From Candidatus Dojkabacteria bacterium (GTDB lineage: Bacteria > Patescibacteriota > Dojkabacteria > J137): a stretch of 64,000 bases of DNA. The stretch's first letter is position 1; the number at the start of each line of letters is the position of its first letter. The DNA lies in NCBI GenBank assembly GCA_030950485.1, contig JAUZRK010000021.1:5498-69497 (forward strand), in the 5' to 3' direction. The position numbers and the translations under genes were made by a program. The notes under the pieces are model-generated. The model searched no databases and had not been told where the DNA came from. It saw only the letters and a program-made list of their open reading frames with translations. Positions 50,709-63,987 of the stretch are shown piece after piece.

Positions 50709-53700
50709 TTGAGATCATCTACTTCTGAAAGTAAAGAGAATTCAACATTTACAGTAGACTCAACTCTAGATAATTCAGACTCTGGAATAGATGGATTATG
50801 TGATGATGGGTTAGGTAATTGTACTTTAAGAGCTGCTATTCAAGAAGCAAATGGATTAGGTGGATCAGATAATATTAATTTTGATATACCTGATACGGAT
50901 CCAGGATATGTAGATTACGATGGAGGAGCAGGAGATTCGTTAGATGGAGACGATTATTGGAGTATAGCTCCAAATACAGTTCTACCTGTAATTACAGATG
51001 TTGTCGTAGTAGATGGATCAACACAGAAAGCAAATCAATCTGATACAAATACATTTGGACCGGAGATACAGATTTCTGGAATAAATTATATAAATAATAC
51101 AGGTAATGGACTTTCATTCGTAGGAATCACAGGAAGTGGTTCAATAGTAAATGAGTTAAATATAATAAACTTTGGACGAGCGATTTACATATCTAGTTAC
51201 GACTTAACAGTAACTAATTCATATTTAAATCCAGACGCAAAGGGATTATCGTACGATTCAGATGAGAATCAAGTTACAGGGGTTTACGCGGTCAGCGATG
51301 CTATAAATCAGATAAATACATTGAACATTGGATTAGAAAATGAGGGTAATGCGATGATGAGTGAGTTGGGATTTGGTGTTTGGCTAGAGGCAGGTACATC
51401 TCCAACAGAAGTTCAAGTAAATGTAATGGGTAATAAATTTGGACTGGATCCGACTGGAACAATAGCAACAGATATAAGCACACAGCATCACTTGCATATT
51501 ACTGGAAATGTAAGTGTATTAGTTGGTGAAGCTGGAATTGGTAATAGAAACTATTTTGCGAATAGTAATGTACATTTATTAATATCAGGTGATAGTGTAA
51601 GTAATACAATAGAAATATATAACAACTTTTTTAATACAGATATTAATGGTACGGGACACTTCCCGGCTAGCGGATCAGCATTAAGCTTAGGAGGACAAGG
51701 GGGAACTACTGTAGGAGCCCCCGGAAAAGGTAATTTAATACAGACTCATACTTCAGAAGTTGTTATGGGTGTGGGTGCTAACTCAGGTACGACTACTGTT
51801 CAGAATAATACTATATTTGCATCAGTTGGAATTAGGTTAAAGGGACCCAATAAAATATTTAGAAATAATTTTGTAGCATCAGAAAGTACAAAATCTGATC
51901 CTTATTTCGGAGTAACTAATTCAGGGATAATTATCGATGCAGGTGGATGGAGCGGGCGAGCGATTGAGCTTTTTTCAGCTGATCCAGATGACGAATTACT
52001 ACTAACAGGTAATTATTTTGACGGGCACAACAGTATAATGGAACCTTATGATCCAAATACACATATAACCATCGGAGGACAAGGAGTAGATGCAAATTCA
52101 CTATGTATGGGATTAGAGAAGAATTGTTTTAGTAATGTAGGTAATACTACAATTATAACTAGAGATAGAGCAGCAGGATTTAACTTAGGGGGAACATATC
52201 CTGTAAATTATTCAACAATAGAATTAGATAATGAAATAATATACGATATTGGCGCAACAAAAGTACCTCTTATTGTTGTGGGTCTTGAAGGAACATACGA
52301 GTTATTCTCAGGAGATCAGAGGAGGACAGATCTTACTGACGGCTCAATTTCAATACCTATACTTAATTCTGATTATGTTACTGATATTTGGGATCTTTAT
52401 ACATATATTACAGAAATTCAAAATAGCAAAGTTGATTGTACGGATCCTCTAGATTGCCCTGGCTCCAATGGTGAAAATGAAAAAACAGTTATATTTACAC
52501 CGCCAAGTGCAGTAGGAATTGCAGATATTACTTATCCGGGAGTACAAATACCTATGTTAGTAGTAGATGAGAACGGGGATAAATTTATTGGATCTCCAAG
52601 ACTAGGCGATCTTGAAACTGGTCATTTTACTATGTTGGAGCCATTTAGTTTTGATGGATTTACAACAGATACTCCAAGTATAGATAACGGAGAACCTTGG
52701 AGTACAAGTCCGACTGCTAGTGGAACACTTAGCCCACTTACTACACCTGTAAATTACTACTATTTAATATTCCGACAAGTGACTCTGGTTATGTAGATTA
52801 TAATGGAGGAGCAGGAGAATCATTAGATGGAGACGACTATTGGAGTATTCGGCCAGTAACTCAGTTACCTACTTTAACTAGTTCAATAAATATAGATGGT
52901 TCATCTCAATCATCAAATCAGGGAAATTTAAATATATTTGGACCAGAAATCGAGATTCAAGATGGAGCGAACATTTCAAATGGATTGGTAATTACTGGAG
53001 ATACAATTAATATTGATAACATTGTTATTAATAGTTTTACGGGCCAAATAGACATTGATGGATCCGACGGAGTCGAGATAACAAATAACTACATTGGACT
53101 AGATACAAAAGCTAAATATCTTTCTGCCTTTGCTAATGGAATAGATATTCATGGCGAATCAAATAACATAATAATTGGAAATGATATTACAGATGGAAAT
53201 ATATTTGGAGGATCAGTAAATGACGCTTACGCTAATATAAATATTACGAGTACTGATAATGGTGTATTTGAGAAATATGTATCTATAAGAGGAAATTATA
53301 TCGGAATCGATCCTGTTGGGAATATTATTGGTAATAATACTGTAGACGGTATTGAGCTAAAAGGTGTTTATGGAACTTCAGTTGATATAGGTGGTCCTGA
53401 CCCATCTCATCGTAATATTATTTCTTCAACTGGAGGACATGAAGCTATAATATTAGACCTACTGGAGTTTTAGCTTCTAATTTAAATCCAGTTATAAATA
53501 TTAAGAATAACTATTTATGTACAGATGAAAATGGTAACTCTAAAAATATTAATTATATTTGTAACATAGGAATTTATATTTCCGCACCTAATATTTATCC
53601 ATATGAAGATAATAATTATCTAGACCATATAGACTTAAATATAGGGGGGGCTTAGGAGAAGGTAATGTCTTTGGAAATACTTATGGAGCAATCTACTGGG

Positions 53701-56700
53701 ATATATCACTAGGCGCAGAGGTTTCATACAATACATTTTTAAACTCAGTCTATGGTTACGGTATAAATGCTACAGCTTTTAGAATAATATCCAACTTTGC
53801 TGATATTCAAATATTAAATAATTTTTTTGGAGTCACTTTATTAGATCCATATTTTGGGAAAGGATCGTATCCAGATATAGGAAGTTTAAGTGCGATTCCA
53901 ATGGGCTCATATAGTACAACTATAAAGGGAAATGTATTCTCTTTAGTTAATGTAGGAGTAGAGGCTAATAGTTATATAAAAAATGATACTTCAACATTTC
54001 ATACTCCACTTGTAACGATCGGAGGTACAGGAGTCTTAGCAGATTCACTTTGTGGTGATTTATATGGTCTTGGTAATGTAGAACAAAACTGCTTTATTGA
54101 TTCTACGTATATAGGTGAATTTAGAAATATGTTACCAGAAAATGAGTCTACTTACTTAACTAGTGATAACTATTTTGAGGTAAATGGAGATATTAATACT
54201 GTATTATCTACTGAACTAAAGGCGGTAAAATATATATGGTCTACAAGATTGGAATTAGTAACTGGCACTAAAAGGCGTACTGATTTAGCAGATGGGGTTA
54301 TTACTTTTGATGAATTTTTCGGTGATTACTTTATCTATAATGATGACGTAGGAGTTCCAGACCCAGGGGTAGAGTTTAGAACATTACAAAATATAACCAC
54401 AGATTGTACAGTGTCATTAGATGACTGTAACGGAGTTGATGGAATTCTAAATAAATCATCATTCTTATACAACACTAATGGGTTGCTATGGTTAAACGGA
54501 CAATTAATTTCTAAAGATGTATTGCAAGATAGAACTATTCTAGATAGAAGTGATTTGGCTTTCGATGGAAATCATATTGCATCAAAAAACTTTAGTCTAG
54601 ATGGTAATAGTCTCACTGATCCAGCTACAGATGATTTTGGAGCTATCTGGACGTTTGATGATACAGCTACAGGAGGTATAGCAACGGCTGACTACGGCCA
54701 TATTCAAACATTACAAATACAAGTAGTAGACGCGAATCCGATCTGGAATGGATCAGAATGGGTAATAACCGTAGATTCAACAAGTGATGAAGATAATGTT
54801 TCAATAAGTGGTTATGAGCAAGACCCAGGAGTAGCATATTCAGGCGGAGGTCAAGAAGTAGTAGACGGACTTTCATATGGAAAAACCAGTTTAAGAGAAG
54901 CAATAATAGTAGCTAATAACTTTGCAAATCCAGTAACGATTAAATTTGATATTCCAACAACAGACCCAGGTTATATTAATCCTGATGGAAGTAGAACATC
55001 AACTGCAGAGCCTGCAGGTACTTATACAGCAACAACCTCAGGTTATTGGTACACATAGTAGATGCAAGTCCCACTCACTACATTATAGACAAAAACGAAA
55101 GCTTAACTATAGATGGTTACTCACAGCCAGGTACAAGTCGAAATACTGCATCAATTGGCCAGCCATTTAATGCAAAGCTAGGGATTCAATTAAATCTTTA
55201 TACAATAACTATAAATAATGCTAATGACCTACACATCACTGGATTAAATATTCAAGGTCACGATAATGCAATTAGATACGATAGTGTTGATACAACTCCT
55301 CCTATTAATGATATTTGGCTCGAAGGAAATTACTTTGGTACAAATATTGACGGTTCTAACCTGGCAGTTGCAGGTTATAGTTCATCAGGAGGAATTAGGT
55401 TTACACAAGAAATGTACGGGTTTGTCATTGGTACTAATGGAGATGGTGTAAATGACGCTGGAGAGTTTAATATTATAAGTGGTCAGAATCAGCCGATTAG
55501 TGGGTTAATTACAATATATTCATTTGACCCAATTACAGATGTCAGAATTTCGGGAAATTATATACATACTGACTATACTGGAGAAGTTTGCTCGGATTGA
55601 TGGAGCGATATTTGGAAGTAATCTAGATGGTATATCTGATGACAATGAATCAAATGTATTCGGATGTATTGATACTAACTATAGGTCTTTTATCCGAGCT
55701 TACAATTTGAATAATTCGATAATAGCGAATAACTATATGGGAGTTTCTCCAAATGGTACAAATATAATGAATAAAGCTTTTGGGTCAAACTATACATTAG
55801 ATATTCAAAATACGGACAATCTTAGAGTAGAGAACAATATTATTAATTCTTATAACTCTACTGACTTAGGATCTATATATATTAGAAATGGAAATATAAA
55901 TTTACAGATAGTAGACAATGCTGTATTAGGTGGTACAGTAGGATTATCAGGTGCAACTACTGGAGCATTAATAAAAGGGAATATTTTTGAAGGATATACA
56001 GATAAAGCTATAGTTTTAACTGATGATAGTGATGGAATTACATTAGAAGAGAATACTTTTGAGAGATCTAGTTCAGTTGGTAAAGTAATTCATTTAGGAG
56101 CATTTATAGCTGATGATTTATTAAGTACTCCAAACGATCCTAATGATACAGATATTGGGGTTAATGAATTAATGAATTAATGAATTGGCCAATAATCTAC
56201 AGTGTAAATTATTTAGGTTCAGATCAATTTGAGATCAAAGGATATTTAGATGGTAATCCTTTAGAGGCTCCTTTTGATATTGAGATTTGTGAAAGTGAAG
56301 ATAATATCTCAGGGCATGGGGGTTGTACTCAAAGTTTAGATAAATTCAGTATAGTTACAGATGGAGAGTGGTCTAGAGTAGTAACATTTACTGGAGCAGT
56401 TGGAGATGAAATATTCAGTGCATTAGCAACTAATAATAATGGCTCTACATCAGAATTTGGAAATTATGTAGATACAAAACCTGAAAATATTGGAGGAAAT
56501 TGGGTAATTACAGTAAACAGTACGTCAGACGAAGACAACGTAAGTACTAATTTATATAATTGCGAGGGAGTAGTGGCACAATGCGGTGGATTTGAAGGTC
56601 CTGATGGAAAGGCAAATGGGTTGACTAGTTTGAGAGAGGCAATAATAGTTGCTAATAACTTTGCAAATCCAGTAACGATTGAATTTGATATTCCAACAAC

Positions 56701-59700
56701 AGACCCAGGTTATATTAATCCTGATGGAAGTAGAACATCAACTGCAGAGCCTGCAGGTACTTATACTTCAAAAGATAATGGATATTTTTACGTTAATATA
56801 GCCAATGGAGACTTAACTGTAACAAATTCTATTACTATAAATGGATATACACAAATAGGAAGCACAGTGAATACTAACGTATTTGGAGAGAATTTAAATA
56901 GTAATCTTATGATTCAACTTAATTTAAATTCTTACTTAATAAAATTAAATTCAAATGATAATAAATTATTAGGTTTAAATTTATATCGAAAAAATAGTCC
57001 AGTTGTACTGCAATTAAACTCTTCATCAGATAATTATATTCAGGGAAATATTTCCGGGGGGAATATAACTGGTGAATTTGCAGAAGGGACAGGTTCTATA
57101 CAAGTCTGTGGTAATTCAAATGGTAATGTAATAGGTACTGATGGAGATGGTATAAATGACGCAGGTGAAAGAAATTTAATAATCAGCAATGAAGACCTTG
57201 CAATAATTGGTAATTCCGAAGGTTTAATATACTTTCAAGGAACTCAATCGAATAATGTTATAGCGGGTAATTATATAGGAGTAGACAGATCTGGTAATAC
57301 TTGTGCAGCTGGTAATTTTTATCGGATGGCAGTTCACTCATTTTCAGGAACAAAAACTAACTTTAGAGTTGGTACAGATTTAAATGGAATTAGTGATTCT
57401 GAGGAATCCAATATAATTGGTTGTGTAAGTGAAGGAACAAGGCTAGTGGGACTAACATTACTAGTACCTATATCTGTCTTTAGCATCATTAACTGGCAAG
57501 ATAGCACTATAATTGGAAATTATATTGGAACAACTCCAAATAACGATATTCTTAAAGCAGATTTTCCAAGATCCTTAATGCTTATACAATCTACATCATC
57601 CTCAAATCTAAATATTAGAGATAATACTTTTGCATATAACTTAGGCGAGGGGATAGTAGTATCTAACAATGATGTATCACTAACTTTCTTTCAAAATAGA
57701 ATCTACTCAGTTACAGGTTTGAACATTGATTTAGGCGGGGCATCGCAGAGTATTGGGGATGGAGTAACAGCAAATGACTCGGGTGATATAGATGCAGGCC
57801 CAAATGATTCAATGAACTATCCAATAATAACAAGTATTCGATATATAGGATCAGATCAATTTGAAATAGAAGGAACATTGGATGGAAATATATTAGAAGC
57901 ACCATATGAAATAGAAATATGTGAAAGCGATGATCACCCTTCGGGACATGGAGGATGTATACAAGCATTAGATACATTTACATTAAATACACCTGGAGAA
58001 TGGGATAGGACAGTCACATTAACAGGAGCAATTGGAAATGAGAAATTTAGTACATTGGCTACTAATTCGAATGGATCAACAAGTGAATTCGGAGAAACAA
58101 TAATAACAGATGCAAATCCATATTATGATGGAAGTAAATGGACAATAACTGTAGATAGTACAAGTGATGAGGATAATGTAAGTACATCAGGAAGTGATGA
58201 TGGAGATGGAGCATATTCAGGAGGAGGATTAACAGGTATAGATGGGAATGCAGACGGGAAGACTTCTTTAAGAGAAGCAATAATAGTAGCTAATAATTTT
58301 GCTAATCCTGTGACTATTGAGTTTAATATTCCTACTAGTGATCCTGGTTGGAATACAATTGAATTTCCAAATGCATTTAAAATAAGTTTCACTGGAGCAG
58401 CACTTGAGTTAAACAGTGAAAGTACAATTATAGATGGAAAATCACAAACTAACTTTACTGGTGACACTTCACAAGTAATATTAGAACCTGAAAGTATGCC
58501 TGTTATAGGAAATGCAACTAGGGGGCCAGAGATCAACATTTATTTCAGCTTGAATACAATTTCAGCACCACTTAGATTAAATGCAGCAGATATAACAATC
58601 GATTCTATGGGTTTTTATAATAATCCAATCAATTTAAGGCGGCCACTTACCCTATACGACCAAGCAATAAATGCAACAATCAGAAACAGTGACTTTGTAA
58701 ATAACGAAGGAGGCATTTTTGTAGCACCTGGAAATAATGGACTTACATTACAAAGTAGTGTGATAAGAAATAACGCAGAGTATGATTATCGATTTGATGG
58801 TATTGAAAGCGAGTTTAGTGGTGCATTGATAGAAGATAATCAGTTTGTTTCAAATGGTGGAGCGGCTATAGGGTCACAACAGACGGTCACTCAGGGAGAA
58901 GGAGCAATTATTAGAAACAATTTGATAAAAGCTAATGGGTTTAATCCAACTTTACAAGGCCCAGGAACAGCGATAGCGCCTTCTCCACCTGGACCTCCAG
59001 CTATAACAATGAATAATATTCAAATTTATGGGAATTCAATTGTAGGTAATTCTAGATTTGGAATCCTTGTCTCATCTGGAGTTCAAGGTATAACCTTACA
59101 AGGAAACAAAATCTATGGTTCTAGTGAATCAGATCTAGAAATTACAAATAGTCTCATGGACTTTAATGTCTTAGATGGAGATGGAATTAATATAAACGAC
59201 CCAGGTGATGCAGACACGGGAACAAACGACCTAATGAATTCACCAGTAATTGAAAATATAATATATAGAAGTGTTGATAAAACATACATAATAAGTGGAG
59301 ACTTAGATAATGAGGTAGTCGGAGAGGGACCAAAAATTATAGAAATTTGTGTGAGTCAAAATACTCTAAGTGGGAACTGTCTAGAAAGTGTAGGGCTAAC
59401 TTTAAGCAACAGTCCATGGGAGATAGAAGTACAAGTTAGCGGTAGTTATGGGAATCCAGCAGATCTGATGTTTAGCGCTTTAGCGACAAACGCATTAGGA
59501 TCTACAAGTGAGTTCAGTAGCATACATGCAGTAGATGTTATTCAAACTCCTGTAACAGGATCTCTACAATATGATATAACACTAGTCTCTCCTATAAATA
59601 ATGCTCAGCTAATAAATCAATTAACTCCAACTTTAGACTGGAACCCAAGTAGTGATCCAGAACTAGTTATATACAGAATTTATCTTGATGGGGTTTTTAT

Positions 59701-60934
59701 AGGCGAAGTTGATTCATCAATTACAGAACTTACAATTCCTGGAGACTTAGAACTAAATCAAAGCTATAACTGGCAAGTTAAGGGATTTAGAATAGATGAT
59801 AGTCTTAGTGGTGAAAGTGATCTTTGGACATTCAGTATAGTTACTGAAGATGAACAAGAAGAAAATGAGCCAACGGATGAGAATGAGCCTACTGATGAAA
59901 ATAATGGTGAGAATAATGAGGGAGGAAATACTGATAATCCTAAGCCTATTACACCAAATAATATCCCAACTTCATATCCTGAAGAAGAAGAAATTATAAA
60001 AGTACCAGATCAGACAGTTGTTGACCTTGGGACAGATCAACCAATACAAGTTCCAGTAACTGAAGGAATATTTAAACTAAAAGAAGATAAGTTTGATGTT
60101 TGGCTTACTGTACCGGTTATAACTGGAGGATCTCTAGCCGCAGTTGCAGCAATTAACAACATATTTGGATTCCTTTTTGGATGGTTGTTTAGTAAAAAAA
60201 ATAAATACTGGGGATTTGTTTTTGATGAAGAAACAGAAACTGGGGTTTCATTTGCTACAATCAGACTATATAGGAAACTTGAAAATGACAGAAGAGAAAT
60301 AATTAGTGAAAAGGTTTCAGATCTTGAAGGAAAATATGGATTTGTAGTAGAGAAGTCAGGTACTTATCAAATTGAAGTAAGAGCATCTGGATTTGGTCCA
60401 AGAATTATAGATAATATAGAAATTAATCAGGGCAGAGAAGTAATTCAAGATATTGGATTACTAAATATTAGTTCATCAAAAAAGTCTGATATTAGTTTTA
60501 ATAAAAAGAAATTATTTAAATTAATAAATATAGGACTTTTTATATTAATGTCTAGCGGGTTTATCTACTCACTATATGCATTAATTAAAAGCCCGGTGCT
60601 AAGTAATTATTTCTTTACTATTGGATATCTTATCTTTACTGTACTTAATATTTTAGGATACATTTTCAAGCATAAACATAAAGCTGGAATTGTATTAGAT
60701 GAATCTGGAGAACCAATTAAAGGAGCAATTATTAGACTATTTCAAGGTCCTGACCAAGTATTGTTAGCTATGTCTAATGCTAACGGAGAGTTAAAAGAAA
60801 ATATTGAGAGCGGAGAATATAGTATTTTGGTTTACAAAGAAGGTTTCATAAAGATATCTAATTATTTAATTAATGTAACTGAAGGAGGTCAGCTAGGAGA
60901 AAATATTGTTTTAGAAAAACAAGAATTAAATTAG
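50709..60934 (+). pseudogene. Giant CSLREA-domain / right-handed parallel beta-helix surface protein (over 3300 aa if contiguous), fragmented into at least six ORFs by frameshifts; ends in a two-pass membrane anchor with two carboxypeptidase-regulatory-like domains
   Basis: Four CSLREA-like modules (CTLRAAIQEANG...NFDIPDTDPGY, then three copies of TSLREAIIVANNFANPVTIxFDIPTTDPGYINPDGSRTSTAEPAGTY). Many PbH1-like turns (GNYIGID, NNYIGLD, GNYFGT, ANNYMGV). Three ~100-aa repeats ending LATNxNGSTSEF. C-terminal TM, CarbopepD_reg-like (GFVFDEETETGVSFATIRLYRK...DLEGKYGF), TM, CarbopepD_reg-like. Pieces: 50709..52796, ~52764..53473, 53901..55058, 55046..55600, 55524..56180, 56180..60934. Confidence 0.65.
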
Positions 60935-60956
60935 AAAAAGAAGTTAATAAATTAAT

Positions 60957-60989
60957 AAAAAAGAGCACTAATTTTTAGTGCTCTTTTTA
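60957..60989. terminator. Bidirectional intrinsic terminator between the giant gene and the convergent 61010..61591
   Basis: aaaa-AAGAGCACTA-atttt-TAGTGCTCTT-tttt (10-bp perfect stem). Confidence 0.65.
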
Positions 60990-61009
60990 TTTTCTTTGTA
61001 TATTTGAAA

Positions 61010-61591
61010 CTATTCTTCTAAATAGTTCTTATAGTCTTTATCCTTTCTCATCATGTTTTCAATTGAATTTCTAACGATTTGAGCCTTATGCATTCTTTTT
61101 GTACTTGCAGCCCAATCAAGATATCTTTCAATTTCTGATGAAATAATAAGAATGAATTTTGTATCCATTTTTTTCTTAGCTTCTTCAACAGCTGAATCGA
61201 TTACGTCGCTTATATTCTTAGGATTATATGTCTTTATAATTAGATTTCTAGAAGATGCTCCTTCAATATATTCAAACTCGTTATCAGAAACTGAATCTTT
61301 CTTTAAAGCTATTACAATTTTCTTTTCTCCTAGAGCTTGTGAAATTTCAAAACCTGTTTTTGAATCTGGAACAGAAACTTCTGTTATTAAGATATCAATA
61401 TTTTTAATTAGTTTTCGAATCTTATCGTGTAAATTTTCAGCAGAAACTGTAGTTCCTTTTTTACTACCTTTTCTTAGGCTTACATCTTGGGTTATATTAT
61501 GACCAAGTTTTTTTAAATACTCTATCCCTTCTTTGAATGCTTTAATCTCAGAATCTTTATAATTCGTTGGCAATGTTGAAATAATTTTCAT
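61010..61591 (-). CDS. Paralog of 27625..28146: nucleoside 2-deoxyribosyltransferase-like domain fused to a C-terminal RHH-like domain
   Basis: NDT-like motif DILITEVSVPDSKTGFEISQALGEKKIVIAL. C-terminal FILIISSEIERYLDWAASTKRMHKAQIVRNSIENMM (beta-strand-helix-helix pattern). Confidence 0.45.
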   Translation of the reverse strand: MKIISTLPTNYKDSEIKAFKEGIEYLKKLGHNITQDVSLRKGSKKGTTVSAENLHDKIRKLIKNIDILITEVSVPDSKTGFEISQALGEKKIVIALKKDSVSDNEFEYIEGASSRNLIIKTYNPKNISDVIDSAVEEAKKKMDTKFILIISSEIERYLDWAASTKRMHKAQIVRNSIENMMRKDKDYKNYLEE

Positions 61592-61807
61592 CTATATTCT
61601 TGTTAACTATTAAACTAAAATCTATTTATATATATCAATTATATTATTTGTTTGGAAATTATACAATTGTTTTGTTACAAATGTCTAGTTATCTTAGGAT
61701 AATAAAGCCTAAAAAGAAAAAATACTGTAGTATAAATAGTCAATTTAGCTAAATTTAATTGATATTTAGTCCGCATTACTCCATAATTCATTAAGAAGAA
61801 AAATAAT

Positions 61808-63031
61808 ATGTTTGGATTAAAAAGTAATAAGAAAACAAATCTCAAAGGTGATGAATCATTTCTATCGGTAGATATTGGAACTGAGTTTGTAAAGGTAGCA
61901 CTATGTGAGGTAGAAGGAGGAGAGGTTCTTATCTATGGTTATGCAAAAAAAAGACAGGATGAATACTCAATGCAGAACGCAGTTATTGTTGACTTAGAAA
62001 AAGTTACAGACATAGTAGACCTTGCTATAGGCGACGCAGTTACAATGGCTAATAATAAATTTGATAGAAATTTTTATCCAAGTAGAGTAGTAATGGGTAT
62101 TGCAGGAGAGCTAGTAAAAGGAGTTAGTATTGATGTTGAAGTAGATAGAGAAGACTCAGAAAGAAAGATTTCTAAAAAAGAGATCCAAGGAATTTTAGAT
62201 AATGTAGCAGAATATACATTTGAACATACAATAAATGAAATTAGTGAAGAAATAGGTCTAGTTCCAGAAGATATAAAAGAAATAGATATTTCTATTGATA
62301 GTATCTATGTAAATGGGAATAAAACTAAAAATCCCGAAGGTTTAACAGGTAAAGATATAGTTTATAAAGTTTTTTCAACATTTGCCCCAAGAACACACTA
62401 CAGTGCTATTGAGCGAGTAGCTCATAATCTGAGATTAAATTTAGAAAAAATCGTAGTAGAGCCGTATGCTTTAGCTCACGGAATAGCAAATATGAATGAG
62501 CGAGGAAATAGCGCTATATTTATAGATATTGGTGGAGGTACAACTGATATTGCACTTGTTAAAAATGGAGACTTAGTCGGAACAAAAATGTTTTCAGTAG
62601 GAGGAAGAGCATTTACTAAATCAATATTAAGAGAATTTAATTTAGACTATCTTAATGCAGAGAAATTAAAGCTAGATTATTCATTAGATAAATTAACTAA
62701 AATTGATACCACTAAACTTAGAAACTGTATAACAGAAGATATTGAAGTTTGGCTTGAAGGAGTTTTATTAACACTTGAATCATTTTCAGAAGTTAAAGAA
62801 TATCCTCCGAGATTCTATTTATGCGGAGGAGGCTCATTATTACCAGACGTAAGGACAAGTATAATAGAATATCCATGGACTAAATACTTGAATTTTAAAA
62901 CTTTCCCTAGAGTAGAGTTATTGTTACCTAATAAAGTTAAAGATGTAATAGATTTAACTAAAACCGCTGTTCACGCAACAGACGTAACACCTTTAGCTCT
63001 AGCAAGAACTATTATGGAGACAACACTATAA
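61808..63031 (+). CDS. ftsA: Cell division protein FtsA (actin-like ATPase)
   Basis: SVDIGTEFVKVAL, IFIDIGGGTTDIALV, FSVGGRAFTKSI. Confidence 0.8.
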   Translation: MFGLKSNKKTNLKGDESFLSVDIGTEFVKVALCEVEGGEVLIYGYAKKRQDEYSMQNAVIVDLEKVTDIVDLAIGDAVTMANNKFDRNFYPSRVVMGIAGELVKGVSIDVEVDREDSERKISKKEIQGILDNVAEYTFEHTINEISEEIGLVPEDIKEIDISIDSIYVNGNKTKNPEGLTGKDIVYKVFSTFAPRTHYSAIERVAHNLRLNLEKIVVEPYALAHGIANMNERGNSAIFIDIGGGTTDIALVKNGDLVGTKMFSVGGRAFTKSILREFNLDYLNAEKLKLDYSLDKLTKIDTTKLRNCITEDIEVWLEGVLLTLESFSEVKEYPPRFYLCGGGSLLPDVRTSIIEYPWTKYLNFKTFPRVELLLPNKVKDVIDLTKTAVHATDVTPLALARTIMETTL

Positions 63032-63033
63032 AA

Positions 63034-63987
63034 ATGAGCTTAAATAATACTAAAAAAATATTTATAGATATTTCAGAAGAAGTTACAAATGTAACTTCAC
63101 AGATAATTCATTCTCAAGAAGAAAGAGTTATTCTTGTTGCTCCTGAGAGCTCTTTAATTTTTTCTAATCTAATAAGTCTAAGTTTAATTCATAGAATGGC
63201 GAGCAAATATAATAAGCAAGCTATTTTAGTAACGGAAGATGAGTTTGGAATATCAAGTGCACAAAGAATAGGATTTGTAACAGTACAAAAAGTTAGTCAG
63301 ATAAATGAGGAATTATGGGACATAGCAAAAGATAAATTATTAAAATTTAAGTCAGATCTTGAAAGGAAGCTAAAACAGGATGATGAGATAGAAGAACTAA
63401 GAAAAGATATAATAGAGCCAATAGATGCGAAGATAGATCCAGTGGAAGAAAGTGACATTAGCGAGAATAGCGAGGAACCAGAAAATGAAATAAATAATAA
63501 TAGTGAAGAAGTTGAATCTACAGAATCTACAAACAATGAAGCTAACCAGAAAGATATTTCATTTAATAATTTTCAAAAGAAAGTTTCAAAACCTACATTC
63601 AAATTTATAACAAAAGGTAATATTGCTATTCTTCCTGGACAAGATGTATCTAAAGTAAGAAAAGAAGAATCAGTATCTGAAAGAGTTCAACCAAGAGATA
63701 ATCAGAATACATTTGCGGGAAGAGATTTTAAAGGAGAGGAAGAAAAAAAAGAAAGTTTAATTTCTAAACTATTTCATTTAGGAAAAGAAAACACAAGTAA
63801 TATAAGTTCACGAACTGAAAGATTATTAAAGGGTAGAGAAAAACCAAAATCAAATAAAAAATTAAATACAAAATTAAATACAAAAGGGATTTTTATTGTA
63901 TTCATTTTAATACCAATATCAACTTCTAAGGCTTCTTCGTCTCCACCAGCTTTAGCCATTGCTTGTTTTAAGAAGCGGTCCCGCTGA
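63034..63987 (+). CDS. Hypothetical acidic low-complexity protein downstream of ftsA; the 3' portion may be spurious, since it overlaps a minus-strand ORF that runs off the window
   Basis: ORF only. The minus-strand frame ...DPEDQRDRFLKQAMAKAGGDEEALEV... is open from the window edge to about 63774. Confidence 0.3.
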   Translation: MSLNNTKKIFIDISEEVTNVTSQIIHSQEERVILVAPESSLIFSNLISLSLIHRMASKYNKQAILVTEDEFGISSAQRIGFVTVQKVSQINEELWDIAKDKLLKFKSDLERKLKQDDEIEELRKDIIEPIDAKIDPVEESDISENSEEPENEINNNSEEVESTESTNNEANQKDISFNNFQKKVSKPTFKFITKGNIAILPGQDVSKVRKEESVSERVQPRDNQNTFAGRDFKGEEEKKESLISKLFHLGKENTSNISSRTERLLKGREKPKSNKKLNTKLNTKGIFIVFILIPISTSKASSSPPALAIACFKKRSR

